Origin: Raillietiella orientalis
Lineage: Eukaryota
Direction: 5' to 3'
Length of the DNA stretch: 64,000 nucleotides
Assembly: GCA_036172245.1 (NCBI GenBank)
Contig: JAYWIR010000046.1
Coordinates: 1,302,001-1,366,000, forward strand
Both the position numbers and the translations under genes were made by a program. The notes beneath the pieces were generated by a model. It was not told the DNA's origin, did not search any database, and worked only from the letters and a program-made list of their open reading frames with translations. How positions within the stretch are numbered: the first letter of the stretch is position 1; every line of letters begins with the position of its first letter. This document shows, in pieces, positions 53,873-64,000 of this stretch.

Positions 53873-53944
53873 GAACCTATGAGAATATCAGAGCAAAGAA
53901 CCTATGAAAACTATGAAACATGAGAATGAAACCTATGAGAATAT
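53873..53944. repeat. Iterative imperfect micro-duplication cluster
   Basis: aacctatgagaatat at 53874-53888 and 53930-53944, with partial copies (gaacctatga, actatga, atgagaat) between. Confidence 0.9.
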
Positions 53945-54260
53945 TGGAGTAAGAGGCAATTGTGCTCCTGATGTGCGTAACCGGTGCAGCACCTTTAGAT
54001 GCCTTTGGATCTTTGGAAACCAATTCCGATGATTACTCGATAAGCACATGATTTCTAAGACTCCGGATAATTGATGCCATGATTCTATCAAAGGTTTGCC
54101 ACTGTCTTTACTATTTTGAACAGAGATATCAAGATGTTTCAATTTTTTCGTTAAAATGTATCTTTTAGTAAGCATTGCTTCCAGAAACTCGAGATTATGA
54201 TCTCATTGGATATCAGTATGTACTCGTGTGTATCTTATTTTGCACTTGGTCTTCAAGAGG
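53945..54260 (-). mobile_element. BEL/Pao Pao-peptidase-A17 region fragment
   Basis: DIQ*DHN..LTKRYIL..HLD..SGKPLIESW..NW (cf. GIxWD..TKRxIL..DPLG..GKxLxQxLW..W). Confidence 0.65.
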
Positions 54261-54289
54261 TCACACTTTCTTTACTTACATATACTTAC

Positions 54290-54323
<34 letters not shown>
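54290..54323. repeat. (TA)n microsatellite with degenerate flanks
   Basis: About 16 TA units with one G interruption. Confidence 0.95.
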
Positions 54324-54599
54324 GCATGTATACATGTCAGGTGTGTGTGTGCTGCATAATTTCGAGTATGCATGCATTCAAGCATATGTATACCTACTTA
54401 CATCATTCTAACTTCATGCAGTTTCATATAGTTTGTTCCATTTTATGACTTCGTACAAAGAGTGAAGTTGGCTCGGTTCACTGCATTGTTTATGCCATCT
54501 TCTAACAGCGCACTATATTACGACTTAGACTTCTAAAGTCTCATGAATGTCAAAGTTACAATTTGCCAAGACTGTACTTTGGAAATCCCCCTTAACCAA

Positions 54600-55450
54600 C
54601 TGGAAAAAATTGCTGACCTTTACTCTGTATTTTCAAAAACCCAAATATAGTCAAGTTTCCTGTAGTTCATATCCTTCATAGGACAATCTAGGCTTGCCCA
54701 AAGCCAAATGACAGGAGTATAAGAGGTAATCATCAAAAATGGACATATATAATTAGACATATATAAGACTATATCTAATTCTTGTGAATTTCCTAACACT
54801 AACCTAACATTCCAGAACTGTATTGCACCCATTTCCCTTTCAAAAAAGAAAAATAAATTTAAGTGTATTATTGAAGAATTAGATCAAGTACATCACTAAC
54901 AGTTTGTCTCCATCTTCTCATCTCCATGTATTAGTGAGTACTACTGAGATTCCATTTGAATTCCATACGTGTGCTAATTTTATGACAAAGGAAGAGCTTT
55001 TAGATATATCCAACTTTGAAAAGATATTTGTTCAGCTCCAACAAGAAAAAGGGAAGACAGAATTTTGGATTAAAACAGTTTTATTACTCGGCTTTTTGAG
55101 AACTCTGTGGAACTCAGGTTAGAGATTCTCAGTGTCTCGAGTGATCATTTACCTGCAAACCTGCAGCAAGATTTGTTGCGCATTAGGTAATGGAAGAACT
55201 TCCATTGAAAATTCAAGAGTCAAGCAACTGCCTTGAAAAAATAATATCCGCGAGTTCCTACGAAAAAATTTTCTTCCTGAGGACCAAAATCTATGCGACC
55301 GAAACAGTGTTCATTTTGGATTGCAAATATCATCTAAAATACAAGCACACCTTTGGAAGTTTATCACTTAGTTATGGGCAAAATCAGTTTTCGCCAGTCG
55401 CTGTTATGTCTGTTTCACCCACTCGTAACTTTCACCTTTTCTTTCTCTAA
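54600..55450 (-). mobile_element. Probable BEL/Pao integrase fragment
   Basis: FLVGA, YGI then FKWNL, RWRQTVSDV (cf. NFVGA..GIxWxF..WExxVxSVK). Confidence 0.4.
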
Positions 55451-55999
55451 GAGTATAACAGAGCACTTTAGAATTCAGAATAATCAAAAAGGTTGCGATT
55501 ATCACTCTTATTGATTTCATCACGATATTATCAGCATTTCCCATTACAAAACGTGAAAGTAGCCAAAGCATCTATCAACTCCTCCCTTCTCTTGTTCTGC
55601 ACCTATTCAATAGGTGTATTCAATCTCTTGAGCATTTTTGATAACGATAAAATAGTGGTATTTATTCAAGTGACCATCATGTGAGTTACTATTCAAGAAG
55701 GTATTGAGTCCGGACATGTTATCAAATTGAAGTTTGGAATGTGAACGAAACAAGATCAGTATTTGAACTCAACAGCGCATCTTCATGAGATAGCACTCTG
55801 ATGTGTAACAAAGGTACTCGATTTTGTGTTTTTAAAGACAGAAAACGTAATGGATTCTTCATTGGATCCATTTAATTGCTTTTGGTTTTGCTCTTGATGA
55901 AAAAATGATTATGAAAAACCAGGCAATGATTTACTTTTTGCAGATCTTCAAATGACCTATTTAAGTAGTTCTGGAAGCATTGATTAGTTGGCTAAGACT

Positions 56000-56800
56000 A
56001 AGAGAATTTTTATTCATTCAAAAATTGCTATGTAGCTGATGTTTATGTAGAGAACCTATTGAATGTTGACTGGAAGCTGCTTCTAAATCACGTCTAAATG
56101 CAAAGATATTGCCTCGTTGGAGATACAAGCAATTCTCAAAATGTTCCATGAGTGAGTGAATACAATACATGAGTGAATAATGCGAACGCTTGTATTTTCC
56201 AGAGAAGTATGTGATTAGGGATATTTCTTCCCGAAAATGATTCGAACATGCAAACAATGTATTGTTTGGAAGAATAAAAACTCTTTGTGCCTTGATAACA
56301 TAAATCACATTGCAATTTCTATTCATCGCAAAAAGGTTTGTAGACTCCTCTTTGAAAATATATACAAAAAATATGGGTCTCGCTGCCTCAAGTGACTGCA
56401 TGTAAGCTTTTGATTTCAGACATGCTTCTGATGCTTACGTGTGTTTGTGTATTATTAATGATATGTTCACCATGCATATTCCTTGTGCCATTTCCTCAGT
56501 GATTCGATTATCAACTTTGAGGACTTTAGGGGAGCAACTTGCTATTAAAACCACGAACCGGGTTCTGATTGTATCATGAATAAACCACCTTCAGTCTTCA
56601 GAAAGAGGTAAGAAGCAGTTTTATCGACAGAACTCCAAAGAATTTGCGCAGTTTCTGCAGCATCCAAATTTAAAATGAGCTGTCCTAAGAAAACCTCTGT
56701 AAAGTACAAATTATCATCAACTTTACTCCTAATTCGGAAAAATTCCAAGTGTTTAAGAAATACATTTGCTGCTAGATGAAGAGCTCAGTAGAAATAGGCA
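56000..56800 (-). mobile_element. Probable BEL/Pao gag fragment
   Basis: EFFRIRSKVDDNLYFTEVFLGQLILNL resembles the DUF1759-like gag pattern. Confidence 0.35.
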
Positions 56801-57299
56801 AACGACTTTCCTAGACATTTCTTTGATTGTTAGGAAAATGGAAGGCTGGTTTTAAAAAAATTTCCCCTTGCACTTACTTGAACGAAAGATTCTTCTGCTG
56901 CTTATTAGGATTCAGTACTTGCTTCTGGGTTAGAATTAAAAATACGAAAACATTAGTAGTGATAATGACATTAGACTTTCAAGACAACTGCAGCATTTAT
57001 CGATTCAACTCATGATCGTGTTTGTGCGCGTAAGAAATGCTGAATGCTAGAATTCCGAAGCCCATAAAGACATCATTGCCTCAGTGGCAAGAATTATTAA
57101 ATTGAGATATCGTCTGTTCCGTTTTACTTCATAGCAATCGATTTCACCGATGGTTTCTGCGAGATGAAAAAAAAAACTTGACAGAGACAAATTTGACATA
57201 TCTTCAGGACAGCAGATTATTCGTGCGATAGGAGGTAAAATGAAGTATCTTGAATTTCTGAAGGGTGCCCTCAATCTTAAACTGTTCGTTATCATCTTG

Positions 57300-58300
57300 T
57301 CAACGGAATAGAATCATCAGGACCCATCAACCAGATGTTAATATTCGTTTCCAAATCAGTATTTCCAAGACGCGACGGTGGTTTGCACGTTGCTCGGCAG
57401 AAATCATCTAAAACCCCAGCTTTTGTTTGGAGCAATCAATAAGTGATGAAATGACGAAATTTTAAGGAAAATTACATTTTATTGCGGTTCCCACTTTTGG
57501 CAGTCCAAGAGTTGCATTAATAGACAAAAAATGTCTTCCTAAGAAAAGGGAATGATGAACGGAAAGCATCTAATTTTTGCTTATTACTGCAGCATTCATT
57601 TGCTCTGGAACCGAACAAGATTCCATTAGAAAATTATATTGCGGCCCATGTGGTCATAGATCAATTCAAGGGACAGTTATCTCTTCTGTTTGGTTTTTTA
57701 TTGACGTGTACATTCATTCGTACACAGTTTCTTTTCTTTTAGGCATAATAGCCTTATAGGCGATAATTCGAATATGTGTTCGATTGTATAATCGTGGCGA
57801 AGAGGTGTTTAGTTGCGGATTGAGCACTCCATCATTGAGATTACGTCATCAACCACTTTTTGAGTAAGGACCACTCTAACTACAATAAGGGAATGCTATG
57901 AATGAAATAAAGCAGTGGTTACTCACTCGCCGTGCTATTGCTTTACTTAGGCGAAAAAGAATGGATTGCGAAGCCATAACCCCCTCACGTAATGCATCCC
58001 ATCGTTCGCAAATGCGTTGTTAAGAAGATTGCTTTGATTTTCAAGAGAGGCAGGATGAAGTCATCTCTGCAGATGGAGTTCCATAAAGCCACCTGAAAAT
58101 TCCAGATTCCTCTGCAACTTTTATTCCTGCACGTAGGATGTTGAATGTGCTGGACGAATCCATTACAAGTTGAAAGTTTTCTAAAAGTTTTCTGTGGATT
58201 GTGCAACCGTTCCATCTTCCTTGGTAACGCATTTTCTGATTTTCTCGTATCTTCGTGCATTTGTCCCTGGACTTCCAGGGCGTAGTGTGCTCTATTGAGA
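57300..58300 (-). mobile_element. Probable BEL/Pao RT fragment
   Basis: KTFRKL, IFRWLYGTPSA (cf. FxRLPFGxxSS), AIARRVSNHCFI. Confidence 0.4.
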
Positions 58301-58399
58301 AACTGTTTGATCTTGAAACAGGTGAGCCTAACTGACCATCATAAGCTCTCGCTCATCCAAACGATCCTCTCTTTCACTGATCTGTGAAAGTCTGTGCTC

Positions 58400-61300
58400 A
58401 ATGAAGAAGTCTCTGCTGCAAAAGGAGCCCAAAGCGCTCCTGATGACTGCACCTGGGGGAAAGGCCAGAATAGGAAGCTCTGAAGCTGAAATCTAATGAT
58501 TCTAGCTTCAGATTTAATAATCAACCGATTTTCGCGCTCCGTCCCTGGTGATGGCTTTCTGCATCCACCTCCAGATGCGTGGATGCCCTCAGAGAAAAAA
58601 GACAGCTGCGAAGGACGGCATACTATGGCGCCTGCCTTCCGATCCCGCAGAGTCGGTGCTGGTCTCAGATCCTCTCTTCCCGAATTCTTTCTGCAGTGTG
58701 CATGTCCTTCTGGGATGTGCGCTCTTTGCCCCAAATCCTTCGAACGGTCCGGAAGCTGAAGATCCGAGGTCGTGCAGGTGCTTCGCAGGTGCAGCCGCCC
58801 ATGGGGTGAAGCCACAGCGTCACAAATGTGTGATCTGGGTAGCAACGTCCAGGAGGCCCGAGGCTGGAAAAATCACTCCGCGACCATTACCTCGATCTCT
58901 GCAGCGAGCTCACCATGATGAAGGAAAAGGGTCCGCTCTTCCTCTTTGCGTGTATTCCTTGTCCAACTCTCGATGTCTGACGCATTCGGCTCCATCCGTT
59001 CAGTCCCTCCACCGTCCACAATCACGTGGTGCACGCCGGGAAGGTGGGCATTTCTTTTGTTTTTCCCGCCATGCTGAGCAGAAGTATGGTTATAACTTCC
59101 GGCTTCCATCTAGCAACACGTACGCGAGTTTTGGTTCCTACCTTTTCTGTAGACATTAGCAACTACTTGCAACCCTCTCTTTGAGTCCCTGATGCTTCGC
59201 TTCCAGTGCATCTCCTCTCAACATCACTCGTCTCCTCGATGGGAGCTTTCTTTCACCCTGGCCACCTCCCGGTGATCATATGCTCGATGGGCGCAATATG
59301 GAAAGATGGTGACCGAAAGTCACCACCATCTTTCGATGTTGGTTTCTTTCTAAAACTTGAATCCTGGAAGCATCCCAATGCAGGTTCTGGGAGACGAAGG
59401 AAGGAAGAGATTCCAAAGTGGGTCTGCAAAGCTCAGGTAAGGGACACCGTCATGCTGCAGCATTCATTGTTGGAACTGTTAAGGCCATCCTCTAAAAGAG
59501 ATGATGAAGGAATTGAACGAGGTCGCGAACTCTTTTCACTAGAATTTTTATCGAGTTTGTCTTCAGAACGCAGTCCGGCTCACCGTGACCCGTTTGGGAG
59601 GTCCCCGTGGTAGGATGCTGACGGCGTCCTGAGAGCTCGATTATCCCAAATCACCTGTGACCATCCAGCCTCGACGGATACCCCCCTCCACTTCAAACTG
59701 AAGCTGACCCGATTTTCTAGCCCTCTCAGAGCCGCAGTCTTACATGAAACGTGTGAAAAGGTCTGACCGTTTGGAGGCAGAAAAAGTTGAGACTCGCCGA
59801 TCAAGTGAGATGGAGCCTAAAGGGATGCGGGAATTTGCTAGTTTAGGCTAGAATTACAAGACAAACAAAATCTCAGACACTTTCACAAAAGCTTAAAGGA
59901 ACAGGTTCGTAGGCGGATTTTGGTGTTGAGGAGGGTTGATGGATTTCTCGGACTCCTAGCTGTGTTTGTACCCAGTTCCTATTCGATTTCTAGGGAATGA
60001 ATTCCTTCCCATGGCTTCAGTTCGATTTGTTCCTTCCTCTTTTCGAAGAGAGATGGGGATGCGATGAGAAACTTCTGAGCGGAAAGCATATTTGGAGAGA
60101 GAAGAGTTGAAATCTGTGATGGAAATAACATATGATAATTCCTCCTTGGGAGACTGGGACAACTAGCCATTGCATTCTTGTACGATCCCTTTCTCCACTT
60201 GTGTATCTCTCCTTAAAGTCCAAACATACTGGATTCCAGGTGACCCTCCAAAATCTAGATCTTTATCCGGAGTCAATCTTCGGATGAAATGTCGGCCTCT
60301 GTCTCCAAAGGGATGCAGAGCTCTGAGCAGTGCCACAAAGGAGGATGAACCAACGCAGATTTTTCCTTCGTCCTCCTGCCACGTGTCACGCTCCCGTGTG
60401 AGCATGGATTAATCCAATCAAACAAAAAAGTAAGCTGACTGTTTTGGTTGGAGAGACGGAACGAGACACTCGCCACCAGTCGGGTCATCTTGGACAGCGC
60501 ACATCCTGGCAGCTCACCCCAATTTCGAAGGCGCAGGCAAACCACGAGCATGGACTGCAGTCAAATTTGTACAAAGCAAATTTTCGCGCTTCAGCAGCGC
60601 AAAGTTTTCATGGGAGCGAGAAAGGTCATCTAGGCAGAGAGTGTGCGCAGGTGGACTGCATCGGCCACTCTCTACCCGGGGAAGAAAACGGAAAAATCGG
60701 CTGCAGAACGATACACGTGGATTGCTCGATAGTTTCCACTTCCTAGGAGAATTCCTGGATTCCGTACTGCTCCATAGGCAACGTAGAAACCGAAGAAAGG
60801 AGAAAACTCTGAGGAAGAAGAAATCCCTCAGGGATGGTTCGGTGCCGGCACTCATTGACTGCTTGCTCAAACTTTGGTGCTGGTGCCTTTGGAGAAAACT
60901 GCTGCCCTGGAAGGGAAAGCGCACGTCTGTTTGGAGTCCAGAAAAACTCGATAGTAGGAAAGTCGGGAGTGGGTGCCTTGCACTACCATCCTTTCCCGTT
61001 CTCCTCGAGCTACTAACCATCTCCCGTAGCAGGGGAACACGAGAATTCTCCTCTCTTCAATGCTCGCTTTCTGAGCTGTGTGAATGACTGAGATGACGCG
61101 CGCCTGCGGCATTTTCTGGAGTTCGAGAACGAATGCCTGGGTTTCATTCCCAGAGTAAGGGAATATAACATGAGCGGCCAGGACCTCTGCATTACCTGCA
61201 CAACAATGAAAGGGACTCGTGGCAGCTTCGACAACTCAAACAAAGGAGGAGGTAGAATCTCTGGAAGCACTCAGCCTCTTCAGGATTTCAGTGCGCAAAC

Positions 61301-64000
61301 AGACAGAATCACTGGGAATTCACCCATCTTCTTTGCCTTATCAAGAGGAAGAAAGTAGCAAATTGACGAGTTGAGAAGCTGCAAAGAAAAGAGAAATGAA
61401 AGCCTCGAAGAAAGAGTTGAAAGGGTCAAAGAAAAGATCAGCTCGCTCTGAAGAGGCGAAAGTGAAAAATCAATCCCGCAGAGAAATCGTGGATCACTCA
61501 GCGCCCGACCTGAGTGATCGCAGTGACCTAAATCAAACCTGACTGTCCCTTAAATAGGAATTTCTGCAAGGCTGTAGGACCACTCCTTTATCCTGAAGGG
61601 AAGGGCGGAAGGGGCAAGGAGGTACAAGAACCCATTTTCGGGTGGGTCCTCCACAAAACGGGGCCAACCTGAAGAGCAAACTGCCTGGAGAGCTCTGAAA
61701 CCTGGAGATATCCCGAGGCGAACAGAGTCGCAGCAGCATCCACCTTGGCCAGTATGTACAAACCCCATAGGTGGCAGCGACGGGCTGAAATCGCAACCAC
61801 TCAGAATCCAAAGGTGATCCAATCCCTCCTCTTCCCCATGGGTCTGCACTTTAGGTTCATGTGATTCCGATTCTGCTGCCAGCCGATGCAATTCACGAAC
61901 GCAACGTTCCTTCTTACATTATTATTATTTCCTTCCTCCACTCGATGGAATTAGCATGAGTGGTTCTTAATCACAGACGCATTTTCCATTTTTCGGTAAT
62001 TGATGTCTTTCGCTCCTTCCACGTTCTCCATGAGCATCAGTCTATTAAACAGCTTTTAATGATACCCTGGAATTGTCTTCGAGACCACTTTGTTCGTCTG
62101 CGAAGGCCGCGGTTGCGAAAGCTGTCATATTTGTTTCATCTCTGCGTAAAGCGCTCCGGGCTTCGAACTCAAGTGATAATTACGCCGTGATCTCGAGTGC
62201 TAATTTTTCATGCCTGTTCACTCCGCATCGATTTATTGGTGTCCATAAATCACGCGTAGATCCGCTGTAGATCCATGGGATTCGCTGGTCGCTCGCGAAA
62301 AGAGCCTCTCTCCCTCCTCGCGACCGACTCCCTTCCTTGCAGCGGCGACCGAACAATGCGGAGGACCAAGTGTTGCTGCTGTTGCTGCTCGCCGAGCTCT
62401 GCGATTCGATCCGGGCGCGATGCACTCCCTCCCCATCGATAATCTCCGCCTGATCACATCATGGGAAACGGGGAGCCGCCTCGAGCCTTCGAGAGCGGGC
62501 CCTCTAGAGGCAGGAGCTCTTGTTCTGCCTCAAGTGGTGCTTTCGACGGGACAACAGCTGCTGCTGCTTCAGGTAGTTCGTGCATCATTTATGTATCTCA
62601 ATCTGCTCTGAGACGTATATCGCTGCTCCCTGGTTGACGGCGAACACTCACAATGTGGAAACACCCCCTCGAAAACCCCTTGAAAGAGACCCACGAACGC
62701 TGGTCTCTTCCGTTTCGCTTAAGGACCATTTTCTTTCTCTCCTTGTGCGAACCGAGCTGGACGATGCAGGGAATTGTGGTCAATTCTGCAAGGATGCAGC
62801 CTCATCTTCCTCATGATCTCCTGCACTCCAGAAAACCTGAGGATACTTTTTCTCTCTTTCCCGTGACTAGCAGCATGCACACCAAATGACGCCGCATCCA
62901 GCCAATCCACAGATCAGCAAAGTCCTTTCAAAGATGAATGGAGGCATTAAGGATGAAGAGGGTAAGGGACTGAGGGACTTCGCAGTCACGTGACAGATCT
63001 CGTGAAGAAAAGCACGACGCGCGGTTTCGTGTGCGACCAAGCGCCTTTCGTATATGCCGGTTCAGAAGTTTGATGCTGAAAAGATGAACAGGCGACCACT
63101 TGCTAGATATTTCCTTCCCACCGAAATTAGTCCAGGTTCTGTTCCCGAAATAGTACTCGGTATGCGCTCAGAATGCGAAATTGCAACTTCGGTTGGCAAA
63201 AGTTCGGCTTCGGTTCTGCTCTTTGGGTCTCTTCCATGCGGAGAGAGATGGCCTCCCAAAGATATGCAGAGAGAGACTTCAAAGGCTTCACGATGAAGCT
63301 AAACAGTCCTGAAAGTCAGCAAATAACGAGAGCAGGCCAACAGGTCAAGATGGAAATAAAAGGAAAGGAAACAGTTGAACCCACTGGACGAAAGAAGGAG
63401 TTTCCGCATCGAAGATGGAAATAGAAAGGAAGAGAATGAAGGACCAGTATAAAGTAGGAACGCCGATCATTCATTGATTTCTCGGAAGAATATGTCCCTG
63501 TCTGTATATCTCTGTGGGATTCGATTTACCGTCCAGAACATCTTCTAGTGCGGTGGACCGAAAAACCCGGACCTGAAACGGATCTGGAACCTCAAGACAA
63601 ATTCGCAGAAGGACAGTGCCAAGAAAACAAGGAGGCAGAACCACCAGCACCTAGACAGGTTTGAGGCTGGACGACATTCCGTTTCGACTTTGAAGCTTCG
63701 AAATCAGATGCTGCACTGAAGCAATATCCGGCGAAAATTTCTCACCTTACCTTCCTTGAAGATTATGATGAGGATTGCATTTCCCGAGAAGGCGCTCGAA
63801 AGCCAAAAGAAGAAATCACCTGCCAAACCACCGCACGCATTCTCCTCTCTGAAGTCAGAGATATACTGCCTGAGTGACTCTGAAGGCTCATTTGCGTGCA
63901 GCACCATTTACGGTCCTCAAGCTGGTGATTTGCTTGACGCTTACTGTGGACATTCAGTAGTCGGAAAGGCGCCTCTCTAAACAAACGAACGGAACGAATG
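58400..64000. other. GC-richer block of decayed coding-like sequence, probably LTR-retrotransposon derived
   Basis: Visible jump in GC and CpG, and in overlapping short ORFs. Only the gag/protease piece is recognisable. Confidence 0.45.
60440..61400 (+). mobile_element. Gypsy/Ty3-like gag zinc knuckle plus aspartic protease remnant
   Basis: SFHGSEKGHLGREC (60603-60644, decayed CX2CX4HX4C), then VPALID and AQT after a frameshift (60842-60873, cf. ALIDTGAQT). Sits in the GC-richer block. Confidence 0.55.

Noticed and set aside
54175..54448. ORFs rich in YIYI
   Set aside because: Translation of the (TA)n microsatellite.
1050..58300. Alternative genetic code (TGA often sits at expected Trp/Arg/Cys positions)
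   Set aside because: TAA, TAG and many frameshifts disrupt the same frames, which fits ordinary neutral decay.
58548..59159. Longest ORF (203 aa, plus strand) as a gene
   Set aside because: No recognisable domain, atypical composition, and overlapped by ORFs in several frames, as expected in GC-richer DNA.

Overview
AT-rich eukaryotic DNA, probably nematode (inferred from the retroelement content, not proven). I find no intact host gene, RNA gene or CRISPR array, and nearly all listed ORFs are spurious or fragments. Translated by eye across stops and frameshifts, about 1-58 kb is an almost continuous mosaic of roughly 20 heavily decayed BEL/Pao (Belpaoviridae) LTR-retrotransposon gag-pol fragments, mostly on the minus strand. 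Inserted among them are two Tigger/pogo remnants and one MULE remnant. The last ~5.6 kb is GC-richer and holds a Gypsy-like gag-protease remnant. The most interesting signal is that two, possibly three, BEL/Pao copies carry a Cys-rich envelope-like glycoprotein remnant downstream of the integrase C-terminus, like endogenous enveloped belpaoviruses of the Tas type. Perfect fold-back hairpins and iterative micro-duplications occur at several fragment junctions. All domain calls rest on motif recognition from memory with no database search, and boundaries are approximate (about 100-200 bp either way).
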